A stretch of DNA of 64,000 bases from Octopus bimaculoides (lineage: Eukaryota), in contig NC_068981.1 of NCBI RefSeq assembly GCF_001194135.2, forward strand, positions 38,415,061-38,479,060, in the 5' to 3' direction. Positions 35,011 to 47,436 of the stretch are shown here, one piece after another. Position numbers and translations under genes: made by a program. The notes beneath the pieces were generated by a model. The model searched no databases, was not told the DNA's origin, and saw nothing but the letters and a program-made list of their open reading frames with translations. Position 1 is the first letter of the stretch. Every line of letters starts with the position of its first letter.

Positions 35011-38000
35011 TTTTAAAGCTTTTAACTCTTTTAGAGATTTCTTATCCATGTAGGTGTCTATTTTCTATCATTTCCATTATTTACAAATATCACTAAACAA
35101 CAACATACAGACCCAGGAATCTCAAACAACTTATCTAATTAGAATCTAATAATCTATTAACAGTGAAATTTAAATCTTTAAATTGAAGTTTTTTGGGTTT
35201 TTTTAAAGAGTTGGACAAACATTTAATTCTCACAAAAGGGTTCTTAATGAAAAGTTCCACAATGAGACTAAATTACTTGTAATGGCCTTAAGAGATACTA
35301 AATATATGCAGGATTCCAAATCGGTATAAAAATAATGCTGTTTCCTTTCCAAGATTGTTTTAAAAAAATATATGCTTCAGCCCAAAAAGTTATTGAACTT
35401 TTACATGATCAGACTAAACATTTTCATATTTTAAATTATATCCTTCATATTCGTTGAATGTTGATATCATCAAAATAATATGTTGAATATTTTATATTTT
35501 TCCCCCACTCTGTAACTAATACTTAGTTACGTTGATTCTGGTTACCTCTTTTAGCTTTATAAATTGATTTTGCCTTATCACTTGAAGCCTAAAGCTGATT
35601 TCAAATGAAATACCCATGCCCTACTTCTGAAAATCCCCTACCATGCAGCTTTTGCTCTGTAAAATATTGTTAGAAAACCAATCCAATCATTAAACCACTA
35701 AAATTTTAAAGATATTGTTAAATATATTAACTTTGAAATCATCTTTTCAAAGGATTCTTTCACAAAATATGGTTATATTTCTTGATATCTGGATCAATAC
35801 TTAAAATTTTCTATATCTGCATGCAATTGCCATTGTTTTTAAATCTTCACCTAAGATTATTATGAAAAGCTGAGAAATTCTAATTCAGCCACTTATAGAA
35901 ACTAAACTCTAGAAATTAAGAAATTAAACTCTAGTTTATGAAGTTAATGTCCAGAGAGAGGGGGGGGGAGCGTGAGTGAGGGTAGCAGAAATAGGGGGAG
36001 AAAGAGAAAGACAGAGAAGAAAATTCAGACTTGTTTGTTAAACTAGAAAATATCTTTTTTTTGCCCATTTTATAAAATTATCTATTATATCAGTAAAATA
36101 CATTTTAATTTAATTACTTGAAGCTGCCTCCAAGTCTTAAGAGTTTTTAGACAAGATTTACTTCCAGAAAGAGACTTCTTTTTTAATTTGTAGAAAGTTT
36201 AATGTAAAAGACTAGTTTTTAGAGTTTTACTGCTTTGTTTCAATTAATTTTCAAAATAATAAAGAATTTAGTGAAATAATAGTAATTATTAAGATGTTAT
36301 TTGGATCATAAATTAATATCAAAATTTCATGTTTATTTATGTTCCTAATACCAACATAAAAATATTTTATTAAATTTCTTATTATATTCAGTATTACTTG
36401 AAACAAAGTTGGTTTGATTCAAGAAAAATATTGCAACAAAATGTTTAAATTGTCCACAGTCTCACTTTATTATACACGCTTCGCTATGAGAAATACAACA
36501 GCCTATCTCTAGGTGTATAAATCCATTCAGACCAGTATTCCAATGTGAACAGACATGCTGCAAACAATTTATAAGTTCCTATAATTGTGAAAAAATAGAG
36601 AGAAAAAAGGAATATATTAAATGAACTCAACAAGAAATGATTATCATGGTAAATGATTGGTAAATGATTTCTTTAGCCTTAGGTTATTTTACTTTAATTA
36701 CATGATGGGCTATAAACAACAGTATATATTCATTTCATGCCACAGTATATCAATCAAAGCAAATTTTAAAAGTACGTCTCATCTGTAAGTACTAAGCAGT
36801 AATAAAAATAATTTCTTTTTCACAAAACAAAAGGTAATTTTGTCTGAGAGAAGATAGAGTAGATTGAATCACACCCAATAACTTGGATATTTTCAAGAAA
36901 AATGGTTTGCTGTAATAGTTCTTTCAATGCAGTTCTGTACATCTGATAGTGAAGTCTCCCTGAATCTTCTTCAATAATCATTGCTCTGTCATAACTTGTT
37001 TACATTTTACAAAATAATTTTCTTACAGTTATTTTATAAAAAGCTAACTAGTTTAAAGCTAACTTCATCTAATATCTTCATATCTACTGGGTTCTTGGCA
37101 TTTGTTACACCAGACATTTAATGGGCAAGAAAGTGGGACTGGCTCTGCACAAACCATTCCCACTATAATAATATACATCATGCAGATTGTTCATCAACAC
37201 AATCACACTTTCTTTATAACGACTGAAAAAAAAAGAGGCAATGAATAGAGGGTGTTACTGGAAGTCTTCAGCTTTGACCCGGCTGTAGGGCAGTCATTTT
37301 TCACTGTCCTTTGACAAAACATTGAAATAAGGACACTGTGCAGCTGTGCCTTGCTGAACACTCATTCATCAAAGTGATGAAAGTGCCCAACAGTACTCTC
37401 AAAGATATAATCCAGAATCATTTTAACTGGTCTAATCCAATAATTCATAATGTTACTCATAAATATTAATGTCACAAGCAGTATTAATGCCAAGAGGTAA
37501 TATTTATCCCCACTTAAACATGGATGTTCTGTTAGAACAAACTCACATATGGCTTTTGATGTAAAATGCAATCTTGTTTATATCGCTAATATGAAAATAA
37601 ATTCATGGTGGTCTTGGCCTGGAGGTGACAGGGGTTTGTCTCCCTACTAGCAATATAAAACAAGAGTGCATTTTGCACCAAAAGCCAATATGAGAGTTTC
37701 TCACGTAGTCACTTCCACAATACAGTTTGTTCTAATAGAGCATGCACATTTAAGTGGGAATGAATATTACCTCTCAATTTTACACATAAACCAAAATTTC
37801 CATTAAACAGTCTTGAATGATATTAATTGAGCTCAAAACAATATCTACCACGATACAAGAGCCTTTTCTTTAATTGAATTGATTTTCTCATGTTGGTAGT
37901 CATTTAGAAGATAATTGACATGATTTTATGGTTTTATAAAAGGTTGAAACTTATGTTTAATGATATAAATATAAATATTCCAGAAATCAAAATAAAATTT

Positions 38001-38456
38001 TATGAATAATTATAGGACTGTGGTAAATCCAAAATGATCTTGAGAGAAGCATAGTAGGGAAAAAAATGATTAGTTAGACATTGCAGGATCTAAAAATTTT
38101 TCCTGTTATGAATGCTACAAGTCATACATTACACTTCCTGTACAGATTACTTATATTTTTTAACGTTAGTTAAAAAAAGGAAGGACAGCAACATTGATAT
38201 TTTCAAGATCTTACAGACTGTCGGTGATGCAGTTGATATTCATTTTGAACATCATTCATTTTTTCCTGTAGGAAAAAACCTAAGGTAGAGAGGGAGTCCT
38301 ATAATTTTGCTATAGGAAGAAGTACTATAGGAGGAATAACTGAGTGTAGTACCAAATCTAGGAAGTGAGACTCCTGTAGATGAAGAGCAAGAGATGCAGT
38401 GAGTAGGTTTGAATAGAAAGTCTATGCAGTTAACCGTTTTATGGAAGTAAAAAGCA

Positions 38457-38458
38457 TT

Positions 38459-38492
<34 letters not shown>

Positions 38493-38510
38493 CAGCAGCA
38501 GCAGCAGTTG
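38457..38510. repeat. (GTA)n(GCA)n compound trinucleotide microsatellite
   Basis: Read directly. Confidence 0.9.
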
Positions 38511-39625
38511 CAGTGACAGTGAAAGAAAAAGTGTTTATAAGTTGTAGCGGTGTTGAGGAGTAAAACTATTAATCAGTCAGGTAATGAATTCTTTTGGATA
38601 CAATATATTTTATTACCACTTAATTAAGGATGGAAAAGGCAGCATCTATGAGTCAGGTTATTTTCCAAAGCCTCTGAGGCCAGTGGAAGACAGACAAGAA
38701 GTTAACTTCAAACAAGAGATTTGGCCCAAATCCTTACAACAGAATGAACTCCACTAAAAACGCCCATGCAAAACATTAAATTTACTACCCAAGAACTCAG
38801 AATCCAAAGAGCAGTATCAAATACATCTAATACTCTAACAGTTCCACCAGCCCACTATGTTAGACTAGAAATGCATTTTATAAACCTAAAAAGGATGAAA
38901 GGTAAAGTTGACCAAGGCTGTATTTGAACTCAGAGTACAATTATCACAAAACAGTTTGTCTTACACTCAAATGACTCTGCCAACTGAATGCATTTATATG
39001 CGAAATACCAAATACAATGCATTTCTATACAAAATTCCAGATATGTGAGAACAACTCTAAGTTGTTTTCTATCTATACTTTTTCCACATATGAAGCAAGG
39101 AAATATAGTTAAGTGTTGGATGTCATGCTCTTACTCATACCTTACCAGATTAACTTTTAGGCTTTTAGGTTCAACACTATGCTTCTAGGTTTGGAACTTT
39201 CATGACAAAGAGACTTCAGATTTTAATATAGGAGAAAAATATTTTTGTATGATGCAGCTGGATGAAATTTAAAAGGATTCTGTTTCTAAATTTTGGTGGG
39301 GTTTATATAAAATAATTTTTAAAAAGCCTTTAAAAGACTTCATATGAAACTGATTTGAACATTTAACAAGATTAAGTATCGCAGGCATTTTTAAATCAGA
39401 AAGGTGGAACAGTACCATTAACAAGTATTGAACTTAATGAAGTGACTTCATCAGAAATGGGGATGAGGGCAAAAAGTCAAAATCACAAAAGACCAGTTTC
39501 TTGGAGAATGTTTCTGTCAAGCTAAACTGCCTGAGAACAATAGGATTCTAATATCTTTGAGAATGAAAAGAGAAAAGCCTTGTCACCATAACTTTAGCTC
39601 AAAAATCTTTCTTTCTCTCTCTCTC

Positions 39626-39661
<36 letters not shown>

Positions 39662-41328
39662 TGATTAGATTTTAATATGAAGTAGGTTAGAAAGAGAAAC
39701 AGGAAAAATGCCATTGAGATACTTATACGTCATTCATAAAATCTTGAATGCCCTAAGATCAATCATAAGCAGCAGAAGCACTGCATTGCAATTTGACATT
39801 CTCAAAACTATGCATGCAATAGAGTGCAGCTTTCTGGACATGCAATTTATTAATGTTTGACCTACAGATGCCAAAACACAAAGAATTACATATATTCTGT
39901 CTGGAGATAATCGAAATATGAATAAGGCTTCCATGAGCTATGAAGGCATGTTATTTTCTTATGATAGATATAGCAACTTCAGCACATTATACAGATATGC
40001 TCGAGCATACTTTTCCCAATTCACGTTTCAATACCTCTCTGACTGCTATGCTTTCAATCCCATATGTTGTGTCTAACAAAATTCAGTTACAAGTCAAAAC
40101 AATAGCTGCATTAGTAGCAAAACAAATTTTTAGCACATTAATTAAAAGTACACAGATAAGACAAAGTACAATTCTGTTTATCTTCCAAATGAATTTTTTT
40201 TTTAATCAAAATTATGATTATATATTTTAACTTAATGTACAAATTATGACTGTATTTTATTAATTTTAGAGATGATTATTAAAATGGAATGAACACTGAA
40301 AATTGCAAAAAAGATGACTTTCATAACAGTAAATAGTTATTTCAATTGAAAATGGCACAGTCATTCATAATGCTTACTTACAATTCTCTGATTATATTAA
40401 CAAATTCTTAGAAATTTCATGTGAAAGAATTGTGGCCAAATGAAAAAAAAAAGAAAAAGCTGCAAAAATAAAGAAAAGAAAATAGAATATGCAACAATAG
40501 CGATAATTAGTATAGATATAGGAACTGAAACATAAGCTAAAAAATAAAACATGAAAATATTATAAATGAAGAAAATAAAGAAAACATTTTTGATATCAAC
40601 TCTAAAATCAATATGATTTTATGGAACTCTTGTATAAATTAGGTTGGAAAGAAACCCTATATATTGGATAAACAAATGTATGGAATGAGAATATAGCAAT
40701 GTCTCAACTTACACAAAAGAGATTAGAGATAATTAGAGTTATTATATCTGCTGCTTAACTTTTACCATTAATGTGCGTGTGTGTGTGTGTGTGTGTAATT
40801 CAATCTAATATTTAAGTTATTCTAATATTTGTAGAGCTTGTAAGTTTGTTTTATTCAAATTTAATCAGAAACTTCAGCTAATTACATTCTGTAAATGTGT
40901 TAGTCAAGCTAATGAGGAGGAGTTTTATAAAGTCAAATATTCTTCAAGCATGATGTGAATTGCTTTTCTTCTGTTAATTTATATAAAATACTTACACTGT
41001 GGCAGTCTGCTGAAAATCTGCTAAGATTTTAGACATTATTAGTACTTCATACAGCATGTGAGTTGGTAGTGACATGTTTAAGAAAAGGCATGTTTAGAAA
41101 ATAACTAATTAAATCATGCTTGAGATGTCTAAGAACCAAAGTTGAAATGACTGAGGATGGAGAAGTATGAAAGATATAGTGTAGCAGACATGTGCATACT
41201 ACAATAGAAAAACAGCAATTAAACGATGAATGGTGTATGCTAGAAGCAAAGATTGTTTCTCTAGAAAAATAGCTAAACAACCTACAAGTTAACATCTGCA
41301 AAAAAATAATACAAACATACAAATATAT

Positions 41329-41688
41329 CCTTTTATGTATACTGTATAAAGATACAGGATACAAATAGTTTCTTGCTTTGGAGACACTGGTTCGGTTAAG
41401 TTTTTATAATATGCCTTGTGTCTCCAACCAATCTTCAGCCTCTGAGTACATGGTCTTTTTGATTTGCAATTCCATTTTTGTTCACCCTTCCAATTTTTGC
41501 ATTTATTTTCTCATTTTTTCTCACCATTTCTCTTGTACCAGCATCTTGATTTGCAAATTTAGATCAAATGCTCAGAGCTTGAAGATTGCTTGGAGACACA
41601 AAGTATGTTATAAAACCCTCCTAGACCTGTGTCTCTAAAGCAAGAAACTATTAGTAGCATATATCTATACACTGTGTACATTAAATGG
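41329..41688. repeat. Imperfect inverted repeat, arms ~140 bp, pyrimidine-rich spacer ~75 bp (MITE or foldback-like)
   Basis: The reverse complement of 41364-41387 matches 41629-41652 at 23 of 24 positions, and homology continues across both arms. Confidence 0.8.
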
Positions 41689-41984
41689 TATTCATCTCTC
41701 ACTGGATGGAGCAATTTTTTTGCTGGCCATACCTTTCTGTTGAACATCATTTTTCCTTGTAATCAGCTTGAAAAATTGCTAAGATATAAGATGATCTTCT
41801 TAACATGAAACCAATGGTAGCCTTAATACAGAAATAACGAAATTTTATCCCCCAATGTAGTGCTGATCACTCATTCTCATTATTTGAAATTTACACACAC
41901 ACACACACACACACATATATGTGTGTATGTATGTATGTATGTGTATATGTATGATATATGTGTGTGTCTGTATATATATATATC

Positions 41985-42660
41985 ATCATCATCGTCGTCG
42001 CCGTCGCTTAACGTCCGCTTTCCATGCTAGCATGGGTTGGACGATTTGACTGAGGACTGGGGAACCAGATGGCTACACCAGGCTCCAATCTGATTTGGCA
42101 GAGTTTCTACAACTGGATGCCCTCCCTAACGCCAACCACTCCCAGAGTGTAGTGGGTGCTTTTTACGTGCCACCGGCAGATCTTCGCCAGTGGAGTTTAG
42201 TGTCCAATGAAGGAAGGAAGGTACGCATAAGTGGACTGGCTGAGGCCTTAGATTTAGGTCTCACTTGGCTTGCCAGGTCTTCTCACGCACAACATTTGGC
42301 AGAGTTTCTATAGCTGGATACCCTTACCAATGCCAACCACTCAAAGAGAGTAGTGGGTGCTTTTACGTGCCACCAGCACGAAGGCCAGTCAGGCGGTACT
42401 GGCAACGGCCACGCTCAAAATGGTGTATTTTATGTGCCACCCGCACAAGTGCCAGAAAGGCAACGCTGGGCACAGGTGCCATCACAATTTCGCTTTCGCT
42501 TGCCCCAATAAGTCTTTGCAAGCTGAGTTTCGTGTCCAATGAGGGAGACGACGACATTGGCATGGGTGCCAGACGTCAAATTTAACTCAATTTCGATTTC
42601 ACTTGCCTCAACAGGTCTTCGCAAGTGTTGATTTCACTTGCCTCAACAGGTCTTCGCAAG
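41985..42660 (-). mobile_element. Two fused, relatively young family D (RTE-tail-like) copies
   Basis: CpG-retaining. ATTTGGCAGAGTTTCTA..CTGGAT.CC..CC..A.GCCAACCACTC..AGTGGGTGCTTTT occurs at ~42093 and ~42295; 35-bp tandem duplication GATTTCACTTGCCTCAACAGGTCTTCGCAAG at ~42595-42660. Confidence 0.85.
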
Positions 42661-43209
42661 GGCTCAACTTCATAGCTTCCACACTTAAGGTCACTAAAGA
42701 GTAAGCCCTAGGAAATATGTCCTCCATTTCTCTGAATGAAATACCCACAAAATAAAGTATTAGTATTCATATAAACATGTAAATATGTATTTAAAACAAA
42801 TTGAAGAATGCTCATTTGTAATTACAGTTCAGTGACTAAACAATAAAAGATTAAAGAAATGCATTAGCAATGATTATTATCAACAGATTGTTGAGAAAAA
42901 GAGTCTCAGCCTTTTTTTAAGTGAGGAGAGAGGTAAAAAACTGAGTAAGTAGTGTAAGGTGCTGTTGTCACATGCAATGCTTAGACAAGTTATGTTTTAC
43001 CTTCATTTCTGTTTTTTGTCTTTTTAAAAACCATATAAACTGAAGAGACATTAAGTGTTAAACCTAATTATTAAGATGTCAATATTTAGATTTAAAATTG
43101 CAGGTTATACAACAATTATTGCTGCTAAATAGATGTCATGAGTGAATTCAATATGATATAAAATATGTGAGATAAAAATGATGTAAATTCATCTGAAGGC
43201 TTTGCTGTG

Positions 43210-43590
43210 CATAGTTGCAGGCATAGCTCTGTCGCTAAGAAGATTGCTTTGGAACCGTGTAGTTTCAAGTTCACTCCTACAGCACAGTACATTTGGGCAG
43301 GTGTCTTCAACTATAGCCTCTGGCTGACCAATGGCTTGTGAGTGAATTTGAAAGATGAAACCTGCCGTGTGTGTGTGTGTGTACGTTTGTTTATCTCTCC
43401 TCTCCAACCACTGCTTGACAACTGGTGTTGGTTTGTTTATATTCTGATAACAGCAGTTGGGCAAAAGAGGCTGACGAATAAGTACCAGACTTAAAAATCA
43501 TCACTGGAGTCAATTTGCATGATAAAACCCTTTGAGGTCATGCTTCAACATGGCCAGAATCCAATGAGTGAAACAAGTAAAAGATAGAGA
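43210..43590 (+). mobile_element. SINE family A, diverged
   Basis: TTTGGGCAGGTGTCTTCAACTATAGCCTCTGGCTGACCAATGGCTTGTGAGTG...CAACATGGCCAGAATCCAATGAGTGAAACAAGTAAAAGA. Confidence 0.7.
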
Positions 43591-44217
43591 TAAAGAAAGT
43601 CTTGTTTAGTTTGAATAAAGAAAAGGACAGAGATGAAAGAATAAGTCACTCTAATTCACAGTAGTCCTTACAAAGATTGTGAACTGTCTATTCTCGTTAG
43701 GGAACAGACATAGACAGTCTCAGCACACAGAGACAAGCAACCAAATGTAAACAATGGCTTCCACAGCTTGAAATAATACTCTACTGTGATTGGTAAAGTG
43801 CATAGGTCAAAACAACCCAAGTAACTGTAGATGATGTTACGCTGATACAGAAATATTGCAAAGAAGTTACATACACATTGCTGAATGCTTGTATGAAAAC
43901 TGCTTAATATATAACATGAATATGCATGAAAGTACTTATGATTTACTTTTAAAGTTATACAGATTTACCTGGGGAAATATGAAATAGAACAATAATAAGG
44001 ATTCTAAGTTATGTTGTAGTCAGATTACTAGTGAAAAGAGACCTTGAAAATAATTTGCATGAGTGGAATGCTAAATATTTACATCTAGTCCTTGTTTTCT
44101 TTGTAGTGTCTATATGGATGTTTTGTTGTCCCTTTTTTGTATCACCTAATTGTCTGGATGTTTTGCGTTCTTGTCTCATTTTGTATTTATATACAGTTAT
44201 TATGATTATTATTATCA

Positions 44218-44640
44218 AGGTGGCAAGCTGGTAGAATGCTTAGTGGCATTTCTTGTGGCTTTTAAGTTCTGAATACAAATTCTACCAAGGTCAACTTTAC
44301 CTTTCATCCTTACAAGGTCTATAAAATAAGTACCAGTTGAGCATTGGGGTTGATATAATGAGCTAGCTCCCTTTCTCACAATTTCAGGTCTTGTGTACAT
44401 CATTGTTTAGCATCCGTCTTCTGTGCTGGCATGGTTGGATAATTTGATAGGAGCTGGCTAGCCAGAGAACTGTCCAGACACCAATTATTTGTTGTGATAT
44501 GGTTTCTTATGGCTGGATGCCATTCATAACACCAACTACTTTCCAGAGTTTGTTGGGTGCTTTTTATGTGTCACTGGCATGGGTGCATCTTAGCAGCAGC
44601 AGTAGCATGAGTGCATTTTATGTGTCTCCAGCACCTGTAG
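44218..44640. mobile_element. Family B copy (+) abutting a family D copy (-)
   Basis: GGTGGCAAGCTGGTAGAATGCTTAG...GGTCAACTTTACCTTTCATCC, then CATCATTGTTTAGCATCCGTCTTCTGTGCTGGCATGGTTGG. Confidence 0.7.
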
Positions 44641-45576
44641 TAGAAAGAATTATTATTGTAATTATTGAATTATAACTATATTTTTGTTTGAACTTTTTGC
44701 TTTTGTTTATTGTTTTTATTCTGTATTACTCTGGCAGTAATCTATATTTTATTATATTTCTAAACAATGCAATGCATTTAACTGTTAAATAAAAAAAAAA
44801 AAAAATGAAAATTATTCTTTATTGTATATATTTACCAACACTTAATAGTTTCCTTTGATGTTAAAATTGACATAAGTCAATTTTAACATTTCATATGATA
44901 TTCCTAAAATATAAGTCCATATTTTGTTTTTATTTATCCTTAAGTGTTACTCAATTTTCTTATCAATTTTTTTTAACAAATTGCATGCATACAAAAGTTT
45001 AATAAAAAAATTTAGACTAAATTACAAAATAACTTAAGACTATGAAAAACTGATCATGATCTCAGTTGAGCACTGTTTAAAATCATATTTGATATATTTC
45101 ATCATCGATTTTCTTACACATTCACAACAATCATGTAAGAGAAACAACACTTAATTCAGGATGCATAAAGACAAAATATCTTTTTGATTATTAGTCATAC
45201 TGACAATTTAAAGTTTCTCTTTGAGGATGTTTGTATAAACATAGTCAATATGAACATTGCTGTAAGCAGTAACCAATGTACAGTAATTGCATATATATAT
45301 GAACCGAACAATGTGTATGTATACTGCTTTTCATATTACCTATATTTTTTACAGCTTAGAGATGTATATTTAGGTTTCCAATGCATTAAGACTCATTATT
45401 GGCTAAATATTGATTTATCAAAAAAAAAAAAAAGAAACAAAAAAAAGTAAGTAAGAAACTGACAATAGAAATATCATTAGTTCTTCCCGACAGCTCCACT
45501 TTTAACTGAATGGCAAACCAATTATAAACAACTATAAGATGCTGGAAGGGTATACCACTCACCCTACACACACACA

Positions 45577-46132
45577 NNNNNNNNNNNNNNNNNNNNNNNN
45601 NNNNNNNNNNNNNNNNNNNNNNNNNNNNNNNNNNNNNNNNNNNNNNNNNNNNNNNNNNNNNNNNNNNNNNNNNNNNNNNNNNNNNNNNNNNNNNNNNNNN
45701 NNNNNNNNNNNNNNNNNNNNNNNNNNNNNNNNNNNNNNNNNNNNNNNNNNNNNNNNNNNNNNNNNNNNNNNNNNNNNNNNNNNNNNNNNNNNNNNNNNNN
45801 NNNNNNNNNNNNNNNNNNNNNNNNNNNNNNNNNNNNNNNNNNNNNNNNNNNNNNNNNNNNNNNNNNNNNNNNNNNNNNNNNNNNNNNNNNNNNNNNNNNN
45901 NNNNNNNNNNNNNNNNNNNNNNNNNNNNNNNNNNNNNNNNNNNNNNNNNNNNNNNNNNNNNNNNNNNNNNNNNNNNNNNNNNNNNNNNNNNNNNNNNNNN
46001 NNNNNNNNNNNNNNNNNNNNNNNNNNNNNNNNNNNNNNNNNNNNNNNNNNNNNNNNNNNNNNNNNNNNNNNNNNNNNNNNNNNNNNNNNNNNNNNNNNNN
46101 NNNNNNNNNNNNNNNNNNNNNNNNNNNNNNNN
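45577..46132. other. Assembly gap flanked by (CA)n and (TA)n
   Basis: N characters. Confidence 1.
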
Positions 46133-46671
46133 TATATATATATATATATATATTATAACAATATAAATGCATTCACTCATACATATGAAAGAATGGTAAC
46201 TCATTTGTTAATAGAACTACTGATATAAAGAATCCAAGGTCATTAGATTTACTTATGTCATATTACTGGCAGTACCAACCGTAGGTGGTGCTAAACATAT
46301 ATAGCTCACCAGCCAACTAGTTTAACGTAACATAAATATAAAGAAAAATGCTGCTATGCATGTTTAAATAGTGGCATATAAGTGTATTTGTTTTCAGCTT
46401 AGAAAAGCATGTAACTTCTGATGCCTTAGAGAGCGTAGCAGGAAATAAGTTTTAATAATGTTCATAACTTTAAGGTTAGAAACAACAATAGGAAAAAAAT
46501 ATAATGTCTGATTGCAAATCAGTAACTTTATCTTTATATGTTTTAATATATTACACATAGAAATCATAAGCATGCATATATATATATGAGCTTAACTGTG
46601 GTCTATCCATAGCACTTACTCAGCATTACCTGAAACCTCTTGGTCTAATTGACACCACTATCGCTCATAAC

Positions 46672-46697
<26 letters not shown>

Positions 46698-46702
<5 letters not shown>

Positions 46703-47170
46703 AAAAACTACTTACAGGGATGATGCGGGCGTTCGATCATGTAAAACAAATAATAAATGAGTATATGCATATATACGTACAGGTATGTGCATACCTACGT
46801 CTACCTGTATATATAGGTGCATATCTGGGTACAGGACATTGCAAACAAAACGTAGACAAAACATAATAATAACTAGAGTACAGAAAACACACAGGCCACA
46901 TAGAGAACATTTTCCTTCATCAGCTACTCCCATTCTAACACAGGCGTTTCGAAGAGTTAGGGCAGGACGCATCGTTAAAATGGCTCTTCCCACGGACCAC
47001 AAATTAAATTTGTACCATGGAGGAATGTAGTGGCGGACAGAAAACAAGACTGCACCAACTCTTTTGCTGTGATATGTGTGGGTGCCTGTGTGCTTCCAGC
47101 TTTGGACTGTTGTGTCATATGCACTCTCACCACTGAGAATACAGACTTTGTTGTTATCAGACACTGATGG
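46698..47170. repeat. Unclassified CpG-retaining segment next to (TA)n, probably a young interspersed repeat
   Basis: Abrupt GC/CpG enrichment; carries a 150-codon minus-strand ORF (46712-47164) with no motif I recognise. Confidence 0.45.
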
Positions 47171-47206
47171 ACTACCTACCTATGTATAATGTTATATTAT
47201 ATTATA

Positions 47207-47436
47207 TTAACCTTTACAATACCAACCTGCCTGGGACCTCCCCTGACTCTGTAGTACAAATGTCTTGTTTTCAAAGGTTTTGTATTAAAATCTTTCACCA
47301 AAACTTAGTTTTAATTTATGTTCGTAACATTAGCTTAATAATAACAAAGTTATTTTACTAAGTTCTTCAATATACTTTGAATTGACTCAAACAAACACAG
47401 ATTATCTCAACAGAAATATGGTAACAAAAGGATTAA
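47207..47436. mobile_element. piggyBac-like MITE (TTAA flanks, short TIRs)
   Basis: Left TTAA-CCTTTACAATACC; right GGTAACAAAAGGA-TTAA (reverse complement TTAA-TCCTTTTGTTACC); ~220 bp non-coding interior. Confidence 0.55.

Noticed and set aside
46905-46960. Possible type II hammerhead (GAAAC...CTGATGA on the minus strand)
   Set aside because: Stem I cannot form (AGAAT...GTAG), the base pair closing stem II is a mismatch, and no valid NUH geometry is evident.
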